NCBI GenBank assembly: GCA_001724265.1
Contig: MEDY01000232.1
Coordinates: forward strand, 1 to 47,138
DNA length: 47,138 bases
Direction of reading: 5' to 3'
Source of the DNA: Rhizaria sp. SCN 62-66
Taxonomy: Eukaryota
Shown here: in pieces, positions 32,901-44,900 of the stretch
Layout: every line of letters begins with the position of its first letter
Numbering within the stretch: the stretch's first letter is position 1
The notes under the pieces: model-generated
The model's input: only the letters and a program-made list of their open reading frames with translations
Databases searched by the model: none
Told to the model about the DNA's origin: nothing
Translations under genes and position numbers: made by a program

Positions 32901-35900
32901 GCGCGCTCGCCGGCGCTGGGGCCGCAGTCCGCGGACCGCAGCAGCTCGCCCGCGCGGCGGCGGTGGCGGCGCGCGCGGGCCGCGGCGAGCACGGCATCGT
33001 TGCGCGCACCGATGACGGTGGCGACCGTGATGTACGAGCCTGGGACCGCGCCAGCAACCGCCACGGCGGGGGCCATGGAGTCGGCGGCGACAGCGGCGGC
33101 GGAGTTAGCATCCTTAGCGGCGGGGAAGCCCTTGCCGCTGCGCTTGCCCACCGCATTGCTGCGAGCGGCGGCGGCGGCGCTGCGGATGTCCTCGTCGTTG
33201 TCGCTGCTGCTGCTCGCGTTCAGATCCTCGTCAAGCCCCGTGAGCGTGGTGCGGCCGCGGTACGCCTGGCCCGCGCGCACGGCGGCGCCGCGGTTCATCG
33301 CGTTGTCGCCGTAGAGCGTCTCAAGCGGCAACACGCGGAGGCGGCGTTGCAGCTGGCGCTCATGCGCGAATCGCGTCACTGCAGACCGCTGCGCGGGGGT
33401 CATCGGCGCCGTCGCAGCCTTGGCTGCAGCCGTCACGGCGGCGCGGTCGCGGTTCGCGGTGGCGCGGATGCCGGGGAGCTCGACCGTGAGCGCGGGCCGC
33501 GGCGAGGCGTCCGTGCTGGTCTCATTTCCGGTGGGCAGGCGGGTCTCGCGGGCCGAGTCGCCGGTGGACGGCGCAACCTCGTTTCTAGTGTTGATCGTGA
33601 GCACGGTGGCGCCCTTGACCAGATTGTTGTCACCAATGCTGTTGCTGGCGACTGCGCTGCGTGCGTCAGAGTAGCTGTTGTTGCGCGCACGGACGGCGGC
33701 GAGCGTGCTCGCGGCAAACGGCTGCGGCTGCTTCGGGGAGACAGCGCCCTCAGTCGCGCTGCCGCGGCTGAGACTGTTCTCGCGCGAGTGCGAGCCGTCG
33801 CGACGCGTGTGGCGAGGACGCTGCACCAGACCAGAGCGCGAAACACGGATGTTTCGCGGGCCGCCGTCCGAGGACGATGACGACGACAAAACAACACTTT
33901 TCTCGTGGTTCTGCTCGGCTCGCGTGCGGCGGGCGCGGCGCGCGGCGGCGGTCATGTTCTCGACCATGAGGGTCGCGGCGACGGCCTCGGCGGCGTCGGC
34001 CGCGCCCTCAGCGCCGGCGGCCTCGGGGTAGATCAAGCGCGCGAGCTCCGCGCTCGCGTCGGGCATTTCGCGGGGCTGCGGGCGCCAGCGCGCGGCGTAG
34101 GACAGCACGTGCAGCAGCTCGAACGCGCGCGCATTGCGCGACTGCATCGCCGCACGCAGCAGGCACGGCTCCGGCACAGCTGCAGGCATGGGCGCGGGCG
34201 CAAACGCGGGGGCGGCATAGTCGGCTGGAGCAGTCGTGGCGGTTGCCTGAGAGCCGTTCTGAGCGTTGGGGTCAGCGGTAGAACCATCAAGCGGCAGCAC
34301 GGCCACCGCTCTCGGGGACACGGGGCTCGCAGTCCTGTCCGCAGCACTGATGTTGACAGGCGAGGAAGGGACGCGTGTGCGCGAGGCGGCGACCATAGCG
34401 GCGGCCGCGGTGGCCGCGAGGCGGACCGCGGGGCCGGCGCAGAGCGTGGCCCAGCCGAGCTTGCGCCGGCGCTGGTTGTTGAACACAGCGGCCGCGGCGC
34501 GCGCGCGGGCGAAGCACGTGCCGCAGGCGCACTGCACACGCATGCCGACCGAGCCCTCGCCAGCGGCCAGGTCGGCCGCGGTGAGAGTCGCGCCAAGCGG
34601 CGCGTCGTGCCGCGCCTGGGCGTGAGGCTTCGCAGCGGCCGCCGGTGCACCGCCCTGCTTGCGACTGCTGGCACCCGTCGCGGGAGCAGCAGAAGCAGCA
34701 GTATTCGAATAGGCAGCAGCGACGGTGGGCGAGGAAGCGCCAGTGGCAGTGAGCTTGGAGCGCGTGTACATCACGAGAGGCAATTCCGCCTGAGGGAAGA
34801 AGTTGTTCTTGTATGCCCCGGAGCCGGCCGGCGGGACGACGCCGCCGCAGTAGTTGGCCAAGGCAACCTGCTCGGCATAGTAGCGTACGAAGTCGTCGGC
34901 GCGCTTGATGCGCGCGGTGCGCATGACGCAGATGAGCAGCTGCGAGAGCACAGCGACGAGGAGGGACGCGATGACGCCCGCGACGACGATGCGCGCCACG
35001 GCGCCCTCGGACGAGTACGAGTCGCTGTCGCTCGAGTCGAACACGAAGAAGAGCACCAGCGCGGCGCACGCGAGCGCCCACAGCGCAGTGGTGAAGATAA
35101 CCGCGAAGCGGCGCGTGAAGGACATCTGCGAGACTGCGGCGCGGCGCCAGAGCGAGTAGGCCACGTGGCGACGGCGCGAGAGACGCGAGAACATGATGCC
35201 GACGATCGAGCACATCGGCTTCGGGCGCGGGCCCCAGATCGAAGCGCTGCCGCCGCCGTTCTTGCGAGCGACCGCGTAGGCCCGACTGCGACTAGTCGCC
35301 GAGTCGTCCTTGCCGCTGATGCCGGAGCCGTTGGCCTCATCGAAGTCTTCGTCGGCAGAGTCGTCGCTGTCGAACGAGTCCGAGTCCAAGTCGGAGTGCT
35401 CGCTATCCTGTGCGTCGCCGTTGTCCAGCTCACCACCGAGCTCCTCCTGCAAATTCACACCAAGCGCCTTGGCGGCCGCGGCGAGCGCAGTGATGTCGAC
35501 GTCGTCGTACTCGTCGTCATAGACGTTGTTGGCGTCGGCGTTCACGTCGCTGCTCACAGCCGCGGTGCTGTTGGGCGCGTCGGCGCGAGCGATCGGCTCC
35601 GCGCGCTGGGGGCTGTGAACGTAAGGCCTCGACTCGGCACGCGAGCTGGGGCGGTTGCCGACGCCGCCGTTGGTGTCGTGCGCGATCTTCTGCAGCACAA
35701 GCGTGAGGACGCGCTGCATCTGCTGGTGCTGCTGCTTCAGCTTCTTGTGCTGCTGCTGCTGGCGCTGCTGCTCCTTCAGTTGCTTGTGCTGTGCGTCCGC
35801 ACCAGGGGAAGAGCCGCTGACGCGCTGGCCCGGCGGCGTCGGCGTGCGCGAGCGGTTGTCGTTGCGGCTCACCGAGCGACCGCGCACGTGCTTGTTCTGG

Positions 35901-38900
35901 AACATGCTCATCGCCGAGTGGAACAGCGGGTCCGACTGGTACGCGTCTGTCTGGCGCGCGCGCGAGCGGCCCAGGCCGGACGGCGGCAGCGCGGCCGACG
36001 CGCCGAGGGGCGGCAGCGAGCGGGGAACGAGCTCGACGGTGCCCTGGCTCTGTGGCGCCGCAGACGAAGACCCGGACGAAGACGGGGAAGCAGGGGACAC
36101 GGGCTCAGAGACGGCCATAGGCGCGGGCGGAGGCGGCAACGGGCGCGGGCCCATGTTATTGCCCATGTTGTTGTTTATGAAAACACCGCCGTTGTTCGCG
36201 GCAAGGTACTGCTGCTGAAGGGCGAATTGCTGTTGGAGTACAAAGTGCTGCTGCATCGCGAACTGCTGCTGCGTATCAAGAGGCATGTTGTTATGAGGGC
36301 TGCTTGAGCTTGAGCCAGAGCCACGGGGACTAGACTGATGCTGCTGCTGGTGCTGCTGCTGTTGTTGTTGATTTTGTTGCTGTTGTTGTTGTTGTTGCTG
36401 CTGCTGGTTGACCTGGTTGCTGTTACTGTTAGTGTTCGTGTCCGCAGCAGCAGGGGATGATGCCCTCTTGGCGGCAGTAGCAGCTGCAGCAGCAGCAGCA
36501 GCAGCGCGAGCGGCGGCCGCCTCATTCGCAGCAGCCGCAGAGGCGAGTGCCACTGGGTCCGTCTCAAGCGCCCAGGGGTGGTAGGCGAGGTGGCGCTTGT
36601 TCCAGCGCAATGCCGCAAGCAGCACGCTGTTGCGCATCGCGGCCGCGTCGCAGTTGCCCGCGAGGATGACGGCGAGCAGGCCGAGGAGGCACACGGCAGC
36701 AATGATGATGATCGGCGCGATGTTGTCGTTGAGCATGCTCCCTGTCAGGCCCATGAAGCCCGTTGAGAGCGGCGCGACGAAGACCGGCTCCGTGAGCACG
36801 GCGTACAGACCGAGGCGCAAGCACGAGCACACGGTGAGCGTCGAGGAGACCTGCTTCGCAACCGTGCACGAGGCCGTGTCCCAGTCGCTCGCGGTGCCTG
36901 CCTGCGCGGTCGCCGTCGCGCCCGTCACTGTGTCCGAGACCGATGTAGACTGTGACCAATCGCTGGGCCGGCTGACGCAGCTCACGGTTTCCGAGCTGGT
37001 AACCGCGCGGTGCGCGACGGTCACGTACATCGGCGAGCTGAGCGACTGCCACGAGTCAGAGTCTGCGAAGTCAGTGGCCTGGACACGCACAACGCGAGAG
37101 GCACGCAGCATACGCGCGAGCGTGGAGCTGCTGCTATGCGCTTCGTTGAGCTCCACAAGCTGCTCCTCAGAGATGGACTGCGCAGCGAAGGCCTCAGAGG
37201 GCGCGTCGGCATCCGAAGATGCAGAAGAGGCGAGCTGATCCGCAAGCTTGCTATCCGCGCTGCCCGGGTAAGCAACGACGTTGGAGAGCCCGGAACGAAC
37301 CCACAGCGGCCACTGCGCAGTATCGCGCGTCTTGAACAGGAAGTCACCGATAACGTCGGGCGCCATGTTCAGTGCCGCAAGCTCATGATCAGTAAGGCCG
37401 GAGTCGGCATCGCTGGCAGCAGGAAGCCACTGGTCCTCGTTCATGCTTTCACTAACAGTAGCTTCACTGAGCTCAAGAAAGCCAAAGGCATCGTGCGGCA
37501 GAGCCAGCGCAGACACGCCCGGGATCGTGCTCGCAATACTCTGGGTTGCATACGGGCGAACAGCACTGGGACTCGCGTTAGATGCTGCAGCCGCCTGACT
37601 ACTAGACGCACTGACAGAGTCGGCAGCGTCCTTAGCAATCATGCTGAGAGCACCACCCGAAAAGAGTGTAAACACTGCGATATCGGAGCTCTCGTGGCCG
37701 TCAGCGGCGTGGCCAGACAGCAGCGACTCGGGCACAGTGACTGAACCGGCGTCGTTGTCGATGACAGGTGAATCAGACACGACCGCCTCGTTGTTGATCC
37801 AACGCACACCGCTCCAGGCCGCCTCAAGCGCGCTATTAGCGCGCTTAGACTTCTTGGTCGCAGCGGTGAAGAACCAGCCGGCGTTCGAATCATCCTCGCT
37901 CTCAGTGCTGTCCACGGCGACACCACCAACGTCATTCGAGAGCGACGTGACGCTAAAGAGAAGGTTAGACATGTTGTACTTCTCGTTGATCGAGGCGAGC
38001 GTGTCGTCGTGCGGCTGCACAGTAGTGCTCGCCTGCATCTGCGTCGACGAGCGGAGGAACGCGAAGGCGAGCCCACTGCTACCAATGATCACAGGCGCCT
38101 CATTAGCAACCTTGCCGCGCAGACTGAGTGCGGCGAAGGCAGGCGTGAGCTTCGTGACGTGGTCAAGCAGCGTGTCGACAACAGGGCCCAGTGCGCCGAA
38201 GCCCGAGAGCCGCTGCATGATGTACACGCCACTGACGAGGTTGGCAAGGCTGGCGTCAAGCACAGCTGCAGCGTCCGTGTGCGCGGCACTCGACGCCGCC
38301 AGCGCAGTGACCTGCGCGGACTGGTAGGACAACACGCGCTGCCACATGTTCCAGACGGCGAAAAAGGCCGGCCACGCGCCGTCGGCCTGCGCAGAGGACT
38401 CGACGGCCGTGGACGTGTAGCTGAACAGCTTTGTTTCGTCCAGCGTCGTCAGCAACGAAGCGGAGCTCGCGCTCTCGACGATCTTGTTGCTGCTGTCGAG
38501 CACGCCGACCTTGCGCAAGACGCTGGCGAGCTCAGAGCGCAAGCGCCGGGCCTGGCTCTTGCGCGAAGGCTCCGTGCTGGTGCTGGAAGAGCTGTCACCA
38601 GCGCTCGCGACCAGAATGTTCAGTTCGTTCACTGTGGTGTACATCACGTTGAGCAGATATGTCACAAGTGCCATACCCGTGGGGGTTGGGGTCGTCGTCG
38701 TCGTAGGTGAGGTCGCCGCTGTCGTCGCCGCAGCAACGAACTGGCTCGCAGCGGGGTTGACCGACCGCAGGCCGGTCGTGGGCGACAGAGACGCGCCAGC
38801 CAGGCTCCACAGGGGCACCGCAGTTGGCGACTGTGACGCGACATACGCGTTCGAGTCGGGCGACACGGTTGTGCTCCCGTCAAACATCGCGACCACTGTT

Positions 38901-41900
38901 TCGGCCTCCATGTTGGCGAGCACAGCGTCGAGCTTGCCACTGGCAACTTCCTTCACGAGCGCCATCGCCACTGCAAAGCCAGTCTGCGGTGCGAGCGCGC
39001 GCGCAGTGGTGAGGAGCGCGGCGAAGCCCTCGAGGACGTTACCTGCGTGCTGACTTGCGACGGCAGTGCGCGCCGCGCTCAGAAGCGCTGACAAGCGCGT
39101 CTTCAGCGCCGCGCGCACGGCGGCAGGGCTTGTGTTGTCTGTATCGGCGGCGGCAGCGGGCACAGTGAAGGTGGTCCACGTGCTGACGCCCGCGGCATCC
39201 GTGGCCTCGACCAACACAGGCACGGCGGAGGACACAAGCGTGAACTCGCACACAGGGTCCATGCGCGTCGAGCGCAGCAGCAGCTTTGGGGTCTGGCTTA
39301 GTAGCAGCGAAGCCTCGGCAGCGCTCGCGGCCGAGGAGACGTCGACGGGGACAGCAGCGGCGTACCAGCGGTAGGTCAGCGGCAGCACGGCCTCAGCGGC
39401 GGAGAAACCGAAGCAGCGCGCAGCGTATACAGTCGAGCTGGCAGGCATGGAGTCATCAATCGCACAGCGGCCCGCGGTCGGCGCCGCGGCAGTGACCACC
39501 GTCACGATAGAGGAGTCGACTGCGCCGGGAAGAAGCACGCCAGTGACACGGTCCACAGCGTCCGTCGCGGCCAGGGCGGCAGAGGGCACGGAGGCGAGCG
39601 GATAGGCGGCGTCGACGGCGAAGATGTGGACGCGGAACGTATACTCCGTGTCGGGACTCAGCGCGGTGGCGTTGATCACGAGCGTGGTCAGAGTGCGCTT
39701 GTTGCCAACGATAGTATATGCCGACGTGAGCGAAAGGTGTCCGGACTCGCAGGTCCACAGCACCGCGTAGTTGCCGTCCTTGGCCGACACACGCGCAGTG
39801 AGGCGCAGGTTCTCCGAGGCCGGGAAGACGCCGCGTGCGTACTGCGGGTGCGGCACTGCGGAGGCGCTGACGTAGTAGCGGTTCGTGGTGCGGACAACAC
39901 CGGCGAGCACGGCCGTGGAGGCGCGCGCGGAGTTGGACGCGGACTTGGCGGTCACGGCGAAGTACACCGAAGCCATGGCGTCTGCGCGCTCGCCGATGAT
40001 CGACGTGCGCTCGGTCTCCGTCTCGACCAGCGTGGCCATCACCGACGCAGGCAGCGTGATGCTGGACTGCGTAGAGCTCAGCAGCACAGCGCCCGCACTA
40101 CCCGAGGCGAAGCAGGGCGTGGACGCGTTGTGGAGCACGCCTAAGTCGGCAGTCAGTTGCAGCTGTGACAGCGTCGAGTTGGTCGCCAGGTCCGCCTGCG
40201 TGAGCGTGGAGCGGATGGTCATGTTTAGCGGCACGTACATGTTGACCAACGTCGGCGAGTGGTAGCGACGGTAGCACGACCAGCTGTACACAAGCGAGCC
40301 CGCAGTGGCGGACTCAGCATCCGGATCGGCAGAGGCGTTGGCGTACAGAACCAGCTTCTGGTTGGGTGCAAACACAGTGCTGCCGACGCTGCTGGAGTCC
40401 TGAGTGGCGAGCGGCTCGAACAACGTAGCATTGTCAAGCTGACGGCTCTCCAGTGCACCGGCGAGCGGGGCACTCGAGTCGTAGACGTACGTGAACGTCG
40501 TCTCATACACACGCACCGCCGGTGACAACGCGAAACCAACTGCGGAAGTCGCAGACGCTGTCAGCGAAGCATCGTAGGGGCGCGTTGCAAGACGTGCGAC
40601 GATTGGGCGCGCCTTGATGTTCAGCTTGACGCGCTCGCAGCCGGTGACGTAGGTCGCCGAGGAGCCCGGAGTGCCGATGGTGACGCAGATACGCAGACGG
40701 TAGGACGCGCCGGCGGGCAGCGTGAAGGGCGGGATAACAATCACAGGCTGGTTAAGCACCGTAACAGCGGTGCTGAAACGCGCCGGGAGAGTCTCACCAG
40801 GCACCGCGCTCCAGAGATAGGAGATGTCGCGCTGCTGCTCCAGACTGCACGACGACAACGTGACCTGGGGCACGATGGTGATAGTCTCGGAGACAGTGTA
40901 GGTGTTGGTGCGGCCATTGGGAAGCGTGATAATCGGCAGGACGTCGACCGAACGGGACACAGTCACGGAAGCGGTGAAGTCAGATCCGAGCCAGGTGGAG
41001 ACACGCGCGGTGAAGGTTGCGGTAGTGCCCGTAGGGAAGAACGTAGCAAGCTCGCTGACTGTGAGCGTAACAGAGTGCACCATCGCGGGACTCGCAGTTT
41101 CGTTGTACAGCGTGTTGCTGTCAACCGGCGCATGCGTGTTCATCAACGCCGCAAAAGTCGCCATAGCTGCCGTGTTGTTGCCCGTGCTGAGAAGGTCAAA
41201 CATAATCGAGGGACGCAGACCGCCGTTGCCACTGACTGCGCGCACAGTCAGCGTGAGCGCAGAGCACGAGCCCAGCGTCGACGGCGCAGAAAGATCAGCG
41301 TAGATCTTCGGCGCGACCAGCGGCGCAGTCACGTTCCACGTGTGCTGGGGCATGTATGATACAGCGGCGGACTTGGTGTCGGGATACAGTGCGGAGCTCG
41401 TGGCCAGAACAGCGGGCTTGACGATGCCGCCGTTGACAGTGAAGGACGAGCCGGGGCGCAACGTGAAGCCGTAGCCCAGCGTGACACGCAGCACCGACGG
41501 CGAGCGCCAGGCGCACGAAGCGCCGCTGCGGTCACCGAGGCGCACGGTCGTGGTGTTGCCGAGCAGGTAGTCGCACGTGCGCATCGAGCCCGCGGTGTCA
41601 CGTACCGTCGCGCCCGACGCGTCGATGTACGTCGCAACGGGCTGCGTCGTCGGGTACGAGAAGGTAACGTCGACGTGCGTGCCAGAAGCATCAAAGCGTG
41701 CGTCTGCGATGGTGCACATCGGCATGCACATGATTTCCTCGGCCCACGTGGCGTTCCATGCCGGTGTTTCCCACGTGGCGTCGGCAGTCAGCGTGTTCGG
41801 GGTCGAGGAGCGCGAACAAAACGTGATCGAGGTCGGGTAGAAGACGAAACCCGCCTTGCAAGTGACGTAAGCCTGGGCGTTGATGTTCAGGGTCTCAGGG

Positions 41901-44900
41901 GACTCGTCCGAGGTAGGACTACCGATGATAATGGCGAGGTCAATGCCATCGTCGTCGTCATCATTACCGCCACTGCTGGACGCCATGTTAAACGAGGCAA
42001 CGGAGCCAGCGCGGGAAGCAAGCTTCTTGGCACCCGCGACGTACCGCTTGGAGATGCCACCGCCACCGAGTCCACTACCCCAGCCTCCGTCGTTGCCCAC
42101 GCCACCCTTCATCGTCGCAGGGTCCACGGCGTAAATCTTACCAGACGTTTCCGTGTACGTGATCGAAGTCACGCCGAGGCGCGTCGTCATTGCGGGACAG
42201 GTCGGGACCATGACACACAGAGGCAACGAGGCGGGGCTCCACGTGCCGTCGGCGCGGCACGTCTGGGTAAGCTGTGCAGTGGCGTAATACTGGCCGGAAA
42301 ACTCCGTTTCACCAGGAGTACAGGCGGTCGTCGCTACAGTGCCGGGTGCCAGAGCGTGCTTATCATACCAAAACTTCCGGGTAGGGTTATCTACCTTGCC
42401 GGCGTACGGGGAGGAGCAGGTGCGATTGTCGTATGACTCGCAGTTGGGTGCGGCAGGCGTCCATTCACCATCGTCGCCACAAGTTTGCTTGACATGGTCA
42501 GAGTCGAGAGTCTTGTCATATGTGCCCACGCCGCATTGCCAGTAGCGGTAGTTGCCGACAACATCGCTGTAACGGCTGAAATTACTTGTTGACACGCCAC
42601 TACCATCATAAAACCCGTCTGTCTGCAGCTGAGCACGTGTGTTCGCAGGGTCCGTACCACAATAGGGGACACAAACAATACGCTCACTTGAGACATTTTC
42701 CCAAGAAGCCATATGACTGGTGTCAAATACAGGCGAGTCGTAGGGATGCAGCAATGGTTGTCCGGGAGTCTTGAGCTTGGGTACCGCGGTTTCATCGATG
42801 AGACAGTCGATGCCAGTACGAGATAAGCCATACATTCCCGCGAGAATGTCTTGTGCCTTGGTAATGCGGTAGTTACCGACGATTGTTGACTCGCCGATAC
42901 CCACATGCAAAACTTCGTAGCCATCCGGACAAGTCAGAAACGCACTCGTGGTGGGCTGCAAAAACAGCTTCTCGAACACAGGCGGATTGTTGACAAGTTC
43001 GAGCGGCTCACTGTATGTGATGGTCGAGGGGTCGGACATGAAGACCGAGTTCGGCACGCGCGAGATAGTTGGGGTCGGCAACACTTCCTCTTGTGTGTTA
43101 TACTTGTATGACGAAGAAAAATGAGCACCCGACTCGATTGCTGATGCAAGATGCTCGTACGATTGGGGACTATAAATCACCGACTCCGGTTGAAACGTGG
43201 TTTGTGGGTACATTGAGCTCATAAAGTCCGTACACGCTACAGCGAGACACGACAAAGCAGTTTCTTGAACCCACCCACGGCCGTAGTAACACTTGAACAC
43301 GCCCCGCAGCGTCTTGTCGCCGGGGACTACAACGCCAGATTGCACAGTGGGCATCGGCACAAAGCAACGCGAATAAGCTAAAGCACCAGGGAGATCAGAG
43401 CCCCGGGTTGTGTCACCAGTCGCCGGATTTTTCACCTCCTCCTGACCGACTGGAGGCTCCAGGTAGTAGCACGTGAACTTCATGCAGCGCGACGGTGTCA
43501 AGGACCACTGGCCCGACGGGAGACACTCAATCGTGGAGCCGAAAACGCTCGTGACCGTGTACGGCGACGCACAGTCCAGCGAGAGCACGGAGCCGACCGT
43601 ATAGCCCATGAAGCCCGCGGAGTAGAACGTCGATCCGCTGATCTGCGTAATGTTGGGCAGCGGGCGCGCAGTCGTACCGGCGACGTTCTCGAACGGGTGC
43701 GGACACTTGACCTGTGCGCACGGCGCAGTGGAGCTCCAAGCGCCGTTTTGGCACTTGATGTCGTCCTGCGGCACGTAATGGTCCGACTGGCATGTGGCGT
43801 GCGCGCGCGCGGCCTCGAGAGTGGACCGCGTGGTGTCCGCGGGGAACGAGTACGCCACGGCCGTCACGGGCGCCACGAGCGGCAGCGGGCCGCAGTCCGC
43901 GCGGGACACGCACTCGACCGACGTGACGTTCCAGTAGCTCGCCGACGTGCCGTTCTGCATGCACACGACGGGCGTCGCAGGCGACACCATGAGCGACGCC
44001 GACGAGCAGTGCGAATACGCAAACGAGCCCGGAATGCGGAAGTCGGAGTACGTGACTGAGACGTCGGAGCTGTACGGGAACTGCGGGCACTGCGACGTCG
44101 GCGTGCACTGCAGCGCCTGCGCGCCCGCGCTCGCGTTGTACGGAGTCCAGCCGGCTGCAGTGCACTCGAGAACGCTCACGGTGCCCGCGACGGGCGCGAA
44201 CCACGCGCGGCAGCCGAGCGCGGCCAAGGTGCCCAGCGCGTGCGAGGTGGCCTGCGCGTCATAGGTCGCGCCAGCGCTGGTGGCGTTCGCGCCCGAGAGC
44301 AGCTGCGCGCCGACGAGCGGCACCGTGAAAGGCAGCGACGGACAGGACTCGGCGAACGAGCAGAGACCGGGCAGCGGGATCGTGGAGCCCTGTGCGGCGG
44401 CGTCGGCGGCGACCCAGTCGCCCCACTCGTCGCACTCAAGCACCTGCAGCGCGGCCGTGGCGGCGCTGCTGACAGTGGTGTTGTCGCGGCACGAGTACGT
44501 GGCACGCGCGCCGACGGAGTACCCGTCCGCGGGCTCGGAGGCGTACTCACCGGCGCCGGCGCGCGCGGGGGCGCGGATGGAGAGCGACATGGTCTGCAGA
44601 ACCGCGGGCGGCGCAGAGCAGTAGACGCGGTAGCATGTCACAGTGCTGCCAAACCACTTACCATTGGCAGCGCACTCGAGGGAGCGAGAGTCGGAGTAGT
44701 AGCCAGAGGGGCAGCTCACTGTAATCCGCGAGCGGAATGTCGGGTATGCGAAGGCCGAGCTGTTCATAGAAAAGGCAACCGTGGACGAAACGACGGTCGC
44801 AATGCTGCCAGTCAGACGACAGCTCTGACCAAAGTCGCATTCATCGTAGGGCGTCATGAACAACAGCCCACCACCACCCAAGCCACCACCTGAGCCGGAT

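Noticed and set aside
33905-36307. 800-aa plus-strand ORF and the many other overlapping ORFs (e.g. 6385..7707, 8467..9597, 13624..14679, 22864..23922, 32699..33880)
   Set aside because: Antisense or alternate-frame shadows expected in GC-rich, GCN-rich coding DNA.
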